A DNA stretch of 64,000 bases from Escherichia phage vB_EcoP_PE006. The stretch is from the sequence record OQ938541.1; one strand, written 5' to 3'. The translations under genes and the position numbers were made by a program. The notes beneath the pieces were generated by a model. It was given only the letters and a program-made list of their open reading frames with translations, was not told the DNA's origin and searched no databases. Within the stretch, counting starts at the first letter, position 1, and each line of letters starts with the position of its first letter. Below are positions 29,540-41,621 of this stretch, in pieces.

Positions 29540-30508
29540 ATGGCACTTTTCGGAGGCGGGGGTAGTAAGACTACTTCTCAAATGATTCGCCCTGAATATA
29601 TTCAACAGTATATTGACCAGCTTAATCAACAGATTGGTAATACTAGTTCAGGGGATTATGTTTATCGTGACAATGTAGGATTCAATAACAACCAGACAGA
29701 AGCTCTTAACAACTTAGCACAATCTGGTGCCCTAGGGACTCTCTCACAGCAATACATAGATGCAGCAGGTCAAGGGTTGGGTTATCTAGATAATGCCTAT
29801 AAAGGCTATCAGAGCCTCTCTGGACAAGGTGGGATTACTGGGGAACAGATTGGTGCTCTTGCTGGTCAACTGTATGATGACGATGCTGTTCAGGCAGCTA
29901 TTACAGCTAATAATGAACAAGTTCAGCAGAACCTAGCACGCAACGCTCTTCCTCAGCTAGCTCAGCAGTATGCTGGTCAGCAGGGTTCAGGTGCTCGTAT
30001 GGCTAAATCTTTTGCTCAAGGTGATGCTCTGAATCAGATGCAAAGCCAAGCAACAGATATTACTAACAGTGCTTATAACTCGGCTATCAACCAAGCTGAA
30101 AGCATTCTCTCTGGTAATAGACAGAATCAGGCAGCTGCTCTCTCAGGTCTTTCTACTATTGGTTCTAACCTTTCCAATTTAGGTCAACAAGGTGCTGATC
30201 TATCTCAACAACAAATATTAAACCAATGGAAGGCTGGGTTGCAGCAACAACAGCAACAACAGAATGAATATGATAATGCCTACCAGAATGCTCAGAACGC
30301 AGCTAATTGGGGATGGCAAGATATCAACAACCAACTCGGTGCAGCAGGTGTACTTAACGGCGCTCTCGGACAAACTACAACTACTAAAACATCTGGTGGG
30401 GGTGGTGGCTTCTTAGGTGGAGCTATGAGTGGTGCAGCAGCTGGCTCTTCTTTTGGTCCTTGGGGTGCCTTGGCTGGAGGGGTGATTGGCGGGATGGCTA
30501 GTTCTTAA
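29540..30508 (+). CDS. Gln/Asn/Gly-rich low-complexity virion protein, paralog-like to the preceding gene
   Basis: 322 aa with similar composition and shared motifs (e.g. ALNNLA, NNQLN). Confidence 0.5.
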   Translation: MALFGGGGSKTTSQMIRPEYIQQYIDQLNQQIGNTSSGDYVYRDNVGFNNNQTEALNNLAQSGALGTLSQQYIDAAGQGLGYLDNAYKGYQSLSGQGGITGEQIGALAGQLYDDDAVQAAITANNEQVQQNLARNALPQLAQQYAGQQGSGARMAKSFAQGDALNQMQSQATDITNSAYNSAINQAESILSGNRQNQAAALSGLSTIGSNLSNLGQQGADLSQQQILNQWKAGLQQQQQQQNEYDNAYQNAQNAANWGWQDINNQLGAAGVLNGALGQTTTTKTSGGGGGFLGGAMSGAAAGSSFGPWGALAGGVIGGMASS

Positions 30509-30521
30509 TTAGGAGATAAAT

Positions 30522-32201
30522 ATGCAACAGACAACTTACGCTCAGGTCAGAAGTCGTGACCCGAGAAATACTTTCTATGGTGTTAATCCGGGAGCGGCTT
30601 CGGCCTCTCCTTATATGGCTAGACCTACTCAGACAGCGGATGTTTCTATGTACCAGCGTCCTGCTGTACCTTCATCTCTCGCAGGTCTTGTCTCTCAGGC
30701 AGAAGAAGATCAGAATGCTATGGTGAATCCGGGATTCCAGCAACGTCTTATGGAACAACAGAATCAAGGAACCCCAACAAGTCTTCAGGGTATTGACATT
30801 GGAGCACCAGCCCCTGTAGCAGCTAATCCTAATTTATCTACTGATCAAGGTTTGCAGGATGCTGGACTTATGCCTAGTGACCCTCTTCCGGTGACACCTC
30901 CTGCCAAGCCACTAGAAACTGGTCCTATGGAGTTTACTCCTTCTCAGGTTGAACAAGCACAAGGTGTTGTTAATACTCTTGCTCAAGGACAAGACACTGG
31001 TGACGGAATGGCTGCTGCTACTCGTACTAAAGATCAAGAGCGTGTTAACAATGATATCTTGCAAGTTGCAAAAGCTAAAGATCCTTCAGAAGCTTGGAAG
31101 AAGTTACAGAAAGAACCTTTCTATCAGAACTCTAGTTTCTATACAGGTTTAATGGGTGTAGGTCTTTCTATCATGTCAGGTAAATCTCCTATCGAAGCAT
31201 TCCAGATTGGTCAGGGGATGGCTAATCAAGATGAGACTAAAAAGCAACTGGAAGCTAACCGTGATGCTCTGATTGAACAAGGTTTCTCTCAAGACTCAAT
31301 TGCAGCTGCTATTGCTCAGGGTGATCCATCTCTTCTGAAGATGAAAGCTAAAGACCCTCTTCAACAGGAAGATCTGTATGCTGCTCGTGAAGAACGTCAG
31401 AATGCTGAGTGGGATAGACGTCAAGCTATCAATGAAGAATCTGCTGAGAGAAACCGTAAGGCTACTTTGGAAAATCAGTTAGCTCTGGCGGAAGCGCGTG
31501 GTGAGATTACTCGCGACAACCTTTTGTTCAAGAAGGATCACAATGTTCGTAGAACATCTCCTAAGTGGGAAAAATCAGAGGAGCTTGGTGGTATTACCCC
31601 TAACTTACGAGATAAGTTACAGCAATCTTATCGTCCTGTTATTAATGTCCTAGCTTCTCGAAACAAGTGGATGGCTCCTACAGAAGCTGCTATTTCTAAA
31701 TTAGGAACTGGTGCAAACTCTCAAGAGAACTCAGCTCAGCAACGTGCTGCTATTGAGAACTTGACTAAACTTATTCAGGGTGGTTTAGCTTCTATTAACG
31801 GAGAAGTTATGAATGAGCTTACAGGTGATCCAGATTGGGTTAACAACAAGTTGAACAAGATTCAGATGATGGCAGGTCAAGGCCCAACCGAAGCAAATAT
31901 CAAGTGGCTTAAAGCACTCGGTACAGAGATTCAAGAGATTGATAAAGAGGCAACTAAATACCAAGTAGCCCCTCTAGTAGAATCTTTGATTCTTGACAGC
32001 GGTTTGGCTCCTGAAAATGCTATTAGAGCTGCTAACTCTATTTTTGCTCCTGGCTCTGTTCGACTCACTACTGAAGAGTTTAAAGAATGGTCTCGTGGAC
32101 ACAGTAAAGTTCATGATAAAACATTCCCTGATGACAAGCCTCCTAAATTGAAGGGTGGTGCTTTATCCGATTCTTCAGATACTAGCTGGTTCACTCAATA
32201 A
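30522..32201 (+). CDS. putative internal virion protein (559 aa)
   Basis: Large ORF in the virion module; Gln/Pro-rich N-terminus, helical C-terminus. Confidence 0.5.
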   Translation: MQQTTYAQVRSRDPRNTFYGVNPGAASASPYMARPTQTADVSMYQRPAVPSSLAGLVSQAEEDQNAMVNPGFQQRLMEQQNQGTPTSLQGIDIGAPAPVAANPNLSTDQGLQDAGLMPSDPLPVTPPAKPLETGPMEFTPSQVEQAQGVVNTLAQGQDTGDGMAAATRTKDQERVNNDILQVAKAKDPSEAWKKLQKEPFYQNSSFYTGLMGVGLSIMSGKSPIEAFQIGQGMANQDETKKQLEANRDALIEQGFSQDSIAAAIAQGDPSLLKMKAKDPLQQEDLYAAREERQNAEWDRRQAINEESAERNRKATLENQLALAEARGEITRDNLLFKKDHNVRRTSPKWEKSEELGGITPNLRDKLQQSYRPVINVLASRNKWMAPTEAAISKLGTGANSQENSAQQRAAIENLTKLIQGGLASINGEVMNELTGDPDWVNNKLNKIQMMAGQGPTEANIKWLKALGTEIQEIDKEATKYQVAPLVESLILDSGLAPENAIRAANSIFAPGSVRLTTEEFKEWSRGHSKVHDKTFPDDKPPKLKGGALSDSSDTSWFTQ

Positions 32202-32221
32202 GACCTAAGTCCTGCCTTCTA

Positions 32222-32230
32222 TAATGTATA
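32222..32230 (+). promoter_or_regulatory. TAATGTATA promoter-like motif
   Basis: Exact TAATGTATA 39 nt upstream of the RBS-backed ATG at 32269; it overlaps the track's upstream ATG at 32224. Confidence 0.45.
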
Positions 32231-32268
32231 TAGGGGGTAGGACATTTTTATTTATAAAAGGAGACGTT

Positions 32269-35200
32269 ATGGCTAACATTAAACCGTGGGAAGAAGCTTC
32301 CAAAGCTCCTGCGTATCTGAATGCCTCTCCAGAGCAGCAAGCTCAGATGAGAGAACAATATAAGGCAGCAGGTGGCTCTATTCCTGAGGAACAACCAGCA
32401 GCACAACCACAACAAGAAGAACGTGGTGTTATTGGTGAGTTTGCTCAAGGTGTGTCAAATGCTCTTCAATCTGGTGGTGCAAACATTGCAGCTAGTACTA
32501 CTAGAGGTATTGGTGGTTTGGTTGAGCTTGGAGAAAACCTAGCTGGAGCACAAACTAGTTATGGTAAGCGTATCCAAGAGAATGCTCAAAACCTCTTGAA
32601 AGAACGTATGGATAAGATTGAGGATGGGATTGGTAAAACTGCCGGTCAGTACGCTGGAGTGGCTGCCGATATCGGTTTGACAGTTGCTAGCCCATTAACT
32701 GCCGCTGCTGTCATCGCAGGTCGTGAGACAGGTCGTGCATATGCAGACCAAACCCCTGAAGAGGGAGAAGATAAGTCTGTTCTGGATGCAGCTCTAGTCG
32801 GTGGTGCTAACTATGCAGCTATGAGAATCCTTCCGGGTGCTGTTGGTACAGCTGAGTCCACACTTGGACGTATTGGTCAGAACGTTGCTTCTAACGCAGT
32901 GGCTGGTGCTAAAGGTGGTGCTCTTATTGGTGCTGCTGAAGCTCAGAACAAATATGGTGATGACAATGATCTAGCTAAGACATTAGAAGGTGTTATCACA
33001 GAAGGGGCTATGGGTGCTGCATTCGGTGGTGCAGTTGGTGGTGTTCATGGTTTGATTAGTCGTCCAGGTTCTGCTGTCTTTAAGAATACTCCAGAGTATG
33101 CAAAGACTGACATTGCTGCTGATGATGAACTGATTCGTAGTGCTAAGAATATTGATGAATTGAAAGAAGCTTATTCTAAAGCTGAAACCGCTAATGCTGC
33201 TTCTGCTCTGAATCTTCTAGATGAGAATGGATTCCGTATTACAGATGCTGTTGCTGTAGATTCTCCTGCTGCTCAGCGTATTCTTAATACAGACCAAGCT
33301 CGTGCTGAGAAAGCTGCTTCTGCTCAGAAAGAACACTCTAACATTCCGGGCCTTAATCCTTTGGCTGCCCCTGCTAAGACTCGTGGTAAAGCTTTCGCTG
33401 ATAATGAGCACAACCAGAAACAGGCTGTTGCTATGAAAGATGCAATGGCTGACTACACCAAGGATAACACGAAAGCCCTTACAGATGTTCTAGACAACCT
33501 AGATCGTGAATTAACCTCTCTTAGAGCATCTGGACACTTCACCGGTAGTCCACTTGATGTTAAGAATCGCACACAAGCTGACCGTGATTTCATTGATGCT
33601 TACAAGACTTTCTACAACGAGGCAAATCGATTCAAAGCTCGTGATGGTGAAGACTTTAATAACTTTGTAGAGAAAGCTGCTGAGCTACAGAAGATGGCTG
33701 ATAACGTTTCTCCAGAGATGAAACAGGCTATTGATGGGTTAAAGAAACTGAAGGGTATGCCTGAAGGTTTTAATCCTATTCAAGATTCTTATACTCTGAA
33801 TAATATGGCTAAGTTCATGAGCAACCAAGACCGTGGTTGGACTTCCCTAACTGATGATGGCTTCCGTGAGGCTTCTTCTCCTAGTCTGGTTATGAACACC
33901 CTTGGTGCTGCTAAGTATGCTCTGAATCGCTTCTCTTCTCAGCGTGCTCGTTCTCAACGTGTCAAGCAACAAGAGTCTAACAGTGAAGCTATCCGCTCTC
34001 TGGCTCGTGGTGATTTGGAAGTTGCTCGTGCTAAGTCTACTGTTGATGAAGCTCGCGCTAAGATGGAAGAAGAACCAGTTGTTGATGACATTAATTTTAA
34101 GACGCAAAATGACGTAGAAACCGAACCGGTTCGGGAGCCTTCTTCTAGTACTGTGACGGAAGAAAATCTTCCTTCTTCTGCTCTTCAAGATTCCCCTCTT
34201 ACAGCTCGTGATTTAGTTGCGCAAAGACGTGCTATCCGTCAGGCTGAACAGCGTCGTGCTGAAGAAGAGGCAGCTGCTGCTCAAGAAGCTCCGATTGAAC
34301 AAGCTCCGAAAACTGAACCACTCCCTGCTCGTAACCCTTTAGAGGAACGTCGTGCGATGGAGCAGCAACGTGCTCAAGAAGAGGGCCAAAAGGCTGCATC
34401 AGAGGATGCATCTTCTGTTACTAAAGAATCCCTCTCTCACTACGCTGAAGATGGGATACTTTCTCAAGATTTAAATGGCAACATGGCTCTTCGCCTAAAC
34501 CAGTTCACCCCGGCTGAGCAACAATTTTTGCGTAACCATAATTTGGTTGACTCAAATGATATGGTCAAAGCTAGTTCTCTAAGACAAGCTGATCCATTAC
34601 CTGCTAGTGCTCCTAAAGCTCCTAAGGAAGCTGTACAGGACGTTAAACCGGAAAGCGGTGTAGAGTTCCTAGCTTCTATGTCAAGCACTGCTCGTCAAGT
34701 TGCTAAAGATCGTGCAACACGTTTTGCTAAATCTTTATACTCTAAGGCTGCTAAAGCTAAAGCTACTGCTGAAAACTTCTTGGCTTACAAGGGAGATCCT
34801 TTGGAGTTGATGCGGCGTATTCGTCGGGAAGATAATGCTATCAACACTGAACGTCATGAAGAGATGGCTCGTAATCAGAGAGCTACTCAGAAAGGTATTG
34901 CTACTGCTAAGAACAACGCTGTACGATCCGAGTTTGCTGAATGGGTTAAAGAACGTGGTCTGCCAGAAGATATTGCTACTAAGGCATTACGTGCTGAAGA
35001 GAGTGGTTTAGGTGGGAACGTAACTAACTTGGAAAGCCTGAAACGCAGATCTGAAAGGTTGTATCAGAAGCAACGTGAGGCTGAGTTTGATAGATTATAT
35101 CAAGAAGCTCTGGAAGAAAACAAAGCTTTCGATAAGAAGGATGCTCCTAAACTGGTTGACCAGAAGAAAGAACTTCAGTCTGAGATTGATACTTTGATTG

Positions 35201-36849
35201 ATTCAGAACCTTTACGTCCTGCTCAGAAAGATGCTATGCGTAGGCTGATGAATGATTATGTGGACGGGAAGTTTAAATCTTCAGAGAAGGCTGGTAGGGA
35301 AGAGGCTTTGGAAGTTGGTCAGATGAAGGATGTTTGGGATGGGTTTATTAACACCTATAACAGAGAAGTGAATGCCTTCAACAAAGCTAACAAGAACTCT
35401 CAATACGAAGCTGCTGCTAAACACTTGCAGGCTCGTGAAGAACGTCTTGCTACTCTGAGAAATAAGGCACAGGCTCGTTCAGATGCTAAAGCTGCTGTTG
35501 AGAATGAACGTAAAACTCTAGAGGCTATTGCAGCTCAGAAGAGTGAGATTGAGAAGATGATGGAAGGTTTACCTAAGCCTGTTCGTGAAGCTCAGGAATC
35601 TCGTACATTGAAACAGTTGGCTGCTCACCATGATAAGAACTCTCCAGTTCCTCCAGAGAAGTTCCGTAGTTACATTGAACGTATCCACAACGCCGAGTCA
35701 GATTACCTTGACCGTCAGCGTCGTTTAACTGATGCAGAGGAGGATGCTCGTCAGGCTAAGTGGAACAAGATGTATGAGCAAGCGGAAGAGATGGACCGTA
35801 AGTTTGATATAGACAAAAGAGTTAAGCGCAGTGAAGAGCTTAAAGCGGCTCAGAAGCGTGAGAATGACCTTATGGCAGTACAACGTCAACGTGATGACAT
35901 TCATCGCCGTCTGGTGCGTACTATGGAAGATAAGGGCATATCTAGAGAGGATGCTGAAGCATTTGCTGGTTCCTACATGGATAACCGTTATGCACTTCTT
36001 GATAAGCCTATGACTCCTACTGAACATCAGAATGCTCGTTCTCGTATCGAGACTGACGTTGAGAAGTTTGCTAAGAAGTATGAATCAATGACTCCTATCG
36101 AGAAAGAGATTGTTAAGGTTACTGGAGATACTGAAGGTAAGCTTGATAACTTGGATGCGGATACTAGGAAGGCTGTTGAGGAGGCTCAGAAGGTTGACTC
36201 TGATATTAAGAAACTGCAAGAGGAAGAGATGGAGATGGAGAAGATTCGTTCTGCTCTGCCTGACGATGAAAAATCTCAAGCAAATTCTGATATCTTGGAA
36301 AGTATTAAGCAGCAGGAAGAAGTCTTTGCTGATAAAGTAGAGAAAGCTTTCTTGAGTGGGAAGAGCTTGGATGAGTTAGCTAGTGTGGCTGAAGTTTTAG
36401 ACAGGGTTCATGGTGCAGACAAGGCTGGTAACAACCGTCGCTTTGTACGTGCATTGCAGACTGCTGCTGAAAACAAGAAGAAGTATGGTGATAATCCGGT
36501 AGCTTGGTTTAGTGCTGATGATTACTCTGCTATTGCTAAACTTGGTGCTTCTTCCGCAGGTGGTAACAAATCTAGAGCACTGGAGAAAATCTTTGGTTCT
36601 ACAGCTGAACAGGCTAAGAGTAAGTTGCTTGGTAGGGATGATGTAGCGAAGATGAGACGTGTAATTGAAGAGAACCCTGATATTAAGATTCCTTCTTACA
36701 AGACAACTAATCGTACTGAGTACTTGCAGTTCTTGGAGAAGTTTAATGACGAAGGGAAGCCGAAGATTAAACGTGGCTCATTGTCAGAGAAGCTTGAACG
36801 CAGTAAGCGTCAATCGAGACTCCGTGTAAGAGTTCGACCTAAGGAGTGA
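32269..36849 (+). CDS. giant virion protein (~1527 aa), putative internal core / DNA-ejection protein
   Basis: Start placed at ATG 32269 preceded by AAAGGAG; very long, largely helical, charged protein at the end of the virion module. Confidence 0.6.
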   Translation: MANIKPWEEASKAPAYLNASPEQQAQMREQYKAAGGSIPEEQPAAQPQQEERGVIGEFAQGVSNALQSGGANIAASTTRGIGGLVELGENLAGAQTSYGKRIQENAQNLLKERMDKIEDGIGKTAGQYAGVAADIGLTVASPLTAAAVIAGRETGRAYADQTPEEGEDKSVLDAALVGGANYAAMRILPGAVGTAESTLGRIGQNVASNAVAGAKGGALIGAAEAQNKYGDDNDLAKTLEGVITEGAMGAAFGGAVGGVHGLISRPGSAVFKNTPEYAKTDIAADDELIRSAKNIDELKEAYSKAETANAASALNLLDENGFRITDAVAVDSPAAQRILNTDQARAEKAASAQKEHSNIPGLNPLAAPAKTRGKAFADNEHNQKQAVAMKDAMADYTKDNTKALTDVLDNLDRELTSLRASGHFTGSPLDVKNRTQADRDFIDAYKTFYNEANRFKARDGEDFNNFVEKAAELQKMADNVSPEMKQAIDGLKKLKGMPEGFNPIQDSYTLNNMAKFMSNQDRGWTSLTDDGFREASSPSLVMNTLGAAKYALNRFSSQRARSQRVKQQESNSEAIRSLARGDLEVARAKSTVDEARAKMEEEPVVDDINFKTQNDVETEPVREPSSSTVTEENLPSSALQDSPLTARDLVAQRRAIRQAEQRRAEEEAAAAQEAPIEQAPKTEPLPARNPLEERRAMEQQRAQEEGQKAASEDASSVTKESLSHYAEDGILSQDLNGNMALRLNQFTPAEQQFLRNHNLVDSNDMVKASSLRQADPLPASAPKAPKEAVQDVKPESGVEFLASMSSTARQVAKDRATRFAKSLYSKAAKAKATAENFLAYKGDPLELMRRIRREDNAINTERHEEMARNQRATQKGIATAKNNAVRSEFAEWVKERGLPEDIATKALRAEESGLGGNVTNLESLKRRSERLYQKQREAEFDRLYQEALEENKAFDKKDAPKLVDQKKELQSEIDTLIDSEPLRPAQKDAMRRLMNDYVDGKFKSSEKAGREEALEVGQMKDVWDGFINTYNREVNAFNKANKNSQYEAAAKHLQAREERLATLRNKAQARSDAKAAVENERKTLEAIAAQKSEIEKMMEGLPKPVREAQESRTLKQLAAHHDKNSPVPPEKFRSYIERIHNAESDYLDRQRRLTDAEEDARQAKWNKMYEQAEEMDRKFDIDKRVKRSEELKAAQKRENDLMAVQRQRDDIHRRLVRTMEDKGISREDAEAFAGSYMDNRYALLDKPMTPTEHQNARSRIETDVEKFAKKYESMTPIEKEIVKVTGDTEGKLDNLDADTRKAVEEAQKVDSDIKKLQEEEMEMEKIRSALPDDEKSQANSDILESIKQQEEVFADKVEKAFLSGKSLDELASVAEVLDRVHGADKAGNNRRFVRALQTAAENKKKYGDNPVAWFSADDYSAIAKLGASSAGGNKSRALEKIFGSTAEQAKSKLLGRDDVAKMRRVIEENPDIKIPSYKTTNRTEYLQFLEKFNDEGKPKIKRGSLSEKLERSKRQSRLRVRVRPKE

Positions 36850-36859
36850 TAAAAGAAAA

Positions 36860-36893
36860 GCCCTCAACCGAAAGGAAGAGGGCTTTATTGTTT
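36860..36893. terminator. bidirectional terminator between convergent modules
   Basis: GCCCTC / GAGGGC stem with 12-nt loop, flanked by A-run upstream and TTTATTGTTT downstream; lies where plus- and minus-strand gene blocks meet. Confidence 0.6.
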
Positions 36894-37063
36894 CTAGAGG
36901 TTATTGATGAAATTAATTAGACGTTCTTCACTATCATCAAAAGCTTTTCCAGCTGCTTCCATGTCCCAAGTATCTGCATGGTCAATGAAGCTTTGAGCTT
37001 CTAATAGGTCGTGGATTAAGTCGAAGAGTTTATTTTTATCTGCTTGTGTGATCATGTCAGTTC

Positions 37064-37321
37064 CTAGATTAAATCGTAATACTGAATAATGTCAGAGAGT
37101 TTGAACTCTCGAATCTCATCTTTCTCTACATCTATCGCTGTCATAATCCAACAAGGTTTGCCACCGTTATGAAAACGGGAGCTAGCAACGGAGGTTCGGA
37201 GTGGAATAACGGACCGGTCAGCAACCTCGCCTCTCCAATTGCGATAGCGAAAGCGAAGCACTTGTTGCGTAGATTTTTGATCATCACTCATTTCCTTTTT
37301 TGAATTGTTTTCTTGCATCAT
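37064..37321 (-). CDS. hypothetical protein (start moved to internal Met pair)
   Basis: Track ORF 37064..37432 overlaps the upstream gene by ~150 nt; an internal start (MMQENN...) removes most of the overlap. Confidence 0.35.
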   Translation of the reverse strand: MMQENNSKKEMSDDQKSTQQVLRFRYRNWRGEVADRSVIPLRTSVASSRFHNGGKPCWIMTAIDVEKDEIREFKLSDIIQYYDLI

Positions 37322-37685
37322 TTTCCATCTTTGTTTTAATCTTATGACAAGGGTCTTTACACAGAACCTGAAAACCTTCTTTTTCACATAGAGCACGAGA
37401 GATGATTTCATCCCAAGTTGCTTCATGGTCAAGAGGGACTATAGGCTCTATGTGGTCAATAGCCATATCCTTTACAGGGTGGTCAGAACCACACATGGCA
37501 CACTTAAAGTGCATTGCCAGTCTTCCTGTCTTTGGATTAATTTTCTGCTCTGTCTTGGCGTCTGCTAGTGCATCGAACATAGGCTTCCACTTTCTAGTCA
37601 GAGAACGAATCCCTGACTTGATGAAAGAATTGTAACGAGCTTCAGTCCACATTCCAGAGCATCTAGTCTTCTCAGCCTTCGCCAT
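37284..37685 (-). CDS. HNH endonuclease-like protein
   Basis: CAMCG...AIDHIEPI...CKDPCH pattern (Cys pairs flanking a His-Asp-His core). Confidence 0.5.
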   Translation of the reverse strand: MAKAEKTRCSGMWTEARYNSFIKSGIRSLTRKWKPMFDALADAKTEQKINPKTGRLAMHFKCAMCGSDHPVKDMAIDHIEPIVPLDHEATWDEIISRALCEKEGFQVLCKDPCHKIKTKMENDARKQFKKGNE

Positions 37686-37863
37686 AACCTACACTCATAT
37701 CATCTTCTTCCCATACACGTTTATCCACTCGATGTGATACTTTTTCACGCTTTTCTTTAATATAGCGATTGCCTAATTCATGACTATATTTAATACGCTG
37801 CTCTTTTCGAGATTCGCGATTGGAGGAGTTTTCATCATATGAACGATAGTCAAATTTACCCAT
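37672..37863 (-). CDS. hypothetical basic protein (start moved to internal Met)
   Basis: Track ORF 37672..37971 overlaps the exonuclease gene; the internal Met (MGKFDYRSY...) avoids this. Confidence 0.3.
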   Translation of the reverse strand: MGKFDYRSYDENSSNRESRKEQRIKYSHELGNRYIKEKREKVSHRVDKRVWEEDDMSVGYGEG

Positions 37864-37873
37864 TATAATATCC

Positions 37874-38695
37874 TTATTCCCAAGTTTTTTCGAGCCACGA
37901 CCAATCAAATAGGTCTTCCGGAGTCTGACCAACAAAGAGCAGCCGAGCATTCTCAAGCATCTTCTCTTCATCTTCAGTATCGAACTTCTTATAATATTCC
38001 ATTCGTACTATATGATACATGGTCCACTTGTCTGTAACACCAGCCAATAACTTAGCTGCTGCTTTCTTCCCTATTCCTTGACGTCGAAGCTGAAGCTTAC
38101 CGCCCCACATAACTTCTTTACGTTCTCCACATCCGGGGATATTATCTGTACCATCTCCAACCAACATCTGATAGAAGAAGTTTTGCCATGAAACTAAATC
38201 AGATACATAGTGAGGAGGGACTTCTTTCTGTCTTTCTCCACAAGCCCAACGGTAGTGCCATCCGGGAGTTATCAACAAATCCTTGTCTCTAGTACAGATG
38301 ATAGTGTTCTTATCCCTACGTTGCCTTTCAGCTAGTGCATCATCAGCCTCTCTCCCAAATACATCTATATATTCATACTTACCTTTAATGTAATCACCAA
38401 CGTTCTGCCAGTGAAAAGGTCTTTCTCCGGGAGGTCTGTTTGCTTTGTAGTCTTGCTGCTTAGCAACATCAAAACGGAAGTTACCGCCTTCGCTGAAGTA
38501 GAACACAACCTTACTGCAACCTGAGCGAGCAATGATAGTATCTATCTTGTACTGAAGTCGTTCAATCATGAAATTGTAATCAACTGGAACACGTCCTGTG
38601 TCAAGAAAGGGATGCTCCTGAGTAAGAGCACCCACTTCATATCGAAGAACGTCAGCATCCACTATAGCTACTTCAGGGAGCTTAACGTCTTCCAT
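37874..38695 (-). CDS. 5'-3' exonuclease / flap endonuclease (FEN family)
   Basis: Motif VGDGTDNIPGCG...GKKAAAKLL matches the H3TH region of phage 5'-3' exonucleases. Confidence 0.7.
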   Translation of the reverse strand: MEDVKLPEVAIVDADVLRYEVGALTQEHPFLDTGRVPVDYNFMIERLQYKIDTIIARSGCSKVVFYFSEGGNFRFDVAKQQDYKANRPPGERPFHWQNVGDYIKGKYEYIDVFGREADDALAERQRRDKNTIICTRDKDLLITPGWHYRWACGERQKEVPPHYVSDLVSWQNFFYQMLVGDGTDNIPGCGERKEVMWGGKLQLRRQGIGKKAAAKLLAGVTDKWTMYHIVRMEYYKKFDTEDEEKMLENARLLFVGQTPEDLFDWSWLEKTWE

Positions 38696-38696
38696 A

Positions 38697-39220
38697 TTAT
38701 TCTCCTAACAGCTTACGAATTTCACTACGGAAATTATTATACTCTTCAGGGTATTCAAACCCACATTCGAGAAGAGCGTAGTGAACAACCTTCAACAAAT
38801 CCTGAGACTTATTCTTATCTTTATGTCGATAAGCGTATTTGATCATATTGGTTTGTTGGAAGTTCAACTGAGGGTTTGCATGGTAGAACTCAATAGGTTG
38901 AATCATCTTATTATTGGGATTGTAGTGAGAGCCTCCCACCATAGATTCTAATGCTGGATTGCCTTGAGATGCCATTTCTAATTGCTCTGTGTGGTCATGT
39001 GAATAGTCTACTGGAGAGGTTTTGTTACCGGTAATTTTAGGCAAAATCGCTCTAGTTGTTTCTATGTATTTACCGCCATCAACATTAATTTGAAACTCTA
39101 CAAGCTCATTCTGTAACTCATATCCTGATATGTTTGATAGCATGTCCAACTCATCCCTGAGAAAATTTAAAAGTTTGCTTTTAATTGCAAGAGCTTTCTT
39201 TAAATCTGTCATCTCTTCAC

Positions 39221-39230
<10 letters not shown>
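38697..39230 (-). CDS. hypothetical protein (177 aa)
   Basis: Conserved-looking ORF; C-terminal pattern P.NP..NF...N.IKYAYRHKDKN; family not confidently identified. Confidence 0.45.
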
Positions 39231-40514
<1,284 letters not shown>

Positions 40515-40806
40515 AATGCATCTCTTTATAAATGGTTTCCGTGTTCTTCTTCCAGCTAGATAAACCGGTAAGAACTCTCTGGGCAACTTCATCAGCTGCC
40601 TTGCTTCTTTCAATCTCTAATTCTTGCTGGTGCTTCTCTTTGTCCAGATTACTACTGTCTGTTTGATATTCGTTAAACTTCATACCACCAAAGAATACAA
40701 GAGCTGAGAAAACGATAAACCCTAAGTTATCACTTAACGTGTTTTGCATGTTGTCTCCAACGAAAAAAGCCACCCGAAGGTGGCTAAGCTATAACAAGGA
40801 GAGTTA

Positions 40807-41553
40807 TCAGAATGGGCTGTCGTTGTCATCTTCATAAGTAGAAGCAGGCTCTTTATCAATCGTAGGGATTGAAGGAGTAGCTTCTTTCTGCTCTGTTTCA
40901 GAAGCACGAGTAATTTCACGACCAGCCAGAGGCATGTTCTTAGCGTCGTTAGCTTGAGTAAGCAGGTTGCGCTGGAACGGGAACATCAGTTGATAGGATG
41001 CTACGTTCTCATCGGTTTCAGCATACGGTTCGAAGAATACCAGAGGACTACGAGCTTCACCAACTGCTGCACGATATTTGGTTGGGATTGGAGAAATGGT
41101 TTTGATGGAGTTTTTAACTTCACCAGCTTTATTAGTGTAAGAGTTAACCAGAATGTTGACAGGCTGACCTAACAGTACATCCTTAAACCAAGACAGATCA
41201 CCTTTCAGTGCTTGAATGCTTGGGTCAATCATCTTGCAGAGATCAAGGATACCAGAGTTCTTAGCTCGTGGGTTTACATCATAGCTCTTGAACTGGCAAG
41301 CAGGACGTGGTTCTAATGCCTTACCATCGGAATCTTTACCAGTAGCATCAACACCAATCAGCTCGAAAGCCAAATCCATACGGAAAGCTGGATTCTTAGG
41401 AGTTACTGCTTTGGTCTTCGGGTCAATCCAAGGGTCACGATTGTGAACACCCAAACCTACTACACGAACAATACGTGCTTCGTACTCACCATCAGGGATG
41501 ATGTCGTAGTTGGATTTACGGGAAGAGGTTGCGATAGTTGGAATCATAGACAT
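40807..41553 (-). CDS. ssb: single-stranded DNA-binding protein
   Basis: 248 aa with an acidic C-terminal tail ending ...YEDDNDSPF, like the protein-interaction tail of SSBs; sits in the replication module. Confidence 0.6.
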   Translation of the reverse strand: MSMIPTIATSSRKSNYDIIPDGEYEARIVRVVGLGVHNRDPWIDPKTKAVTPKNPAFRMDLAFELIGVDATGKDSDGKALEPRPACQFKSYDVNPRAKNSGILDLCKMIDPSIQALKGDLSWFKDVLLGQPVNILVNSYTNKAGEVKNSIKTISPIPTKYRAAVGEARSPLVFFEPYAETDENVASYQLMFPFQRNLLTQANDAKNMPLAGREITRASETEQKEATPSIPTIDKEPASTYEDDNDSPF

Positions 41554-41612
41554 ATTTTAATTTCCTTATTTAATTTGAAAGATTGTTGCTCTCTTTGAGC
41601 GGTTATGTATAG

Positions 41613-41621
41613 TATACATTA
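41613..41621 (-). promoter_or_regulatory. TAATGTATA promoter-like motif (minus-strand sense) upstream of ssb
   Basis: Reverse complement of tatacatta, ~59 nt upstream of the SSB ATG, inside the palindrome ATGTATAGTATACAT. Confidence 0.4.

Noticed and set aside
32224-32268. Upstream ATG as the start of the giant virion protein
   Set aside because: That ATG lies inside the TAATGTATA motif and lacks an RBS; the ATG at 32269 is preceded by AAAGGAG.
35725-36340. Several 60-100-aa ORFs on both strands inside the giant virion gene
   Set aside because: All embedded in a single long, well-supported coding frame.
36885-37055. 56-aa minus-strand ORF overlapping the bidirectional terminator
   Set aside because: Its 3' end runs through the terminator hairpin and it has no clear RBS; left unannotated.
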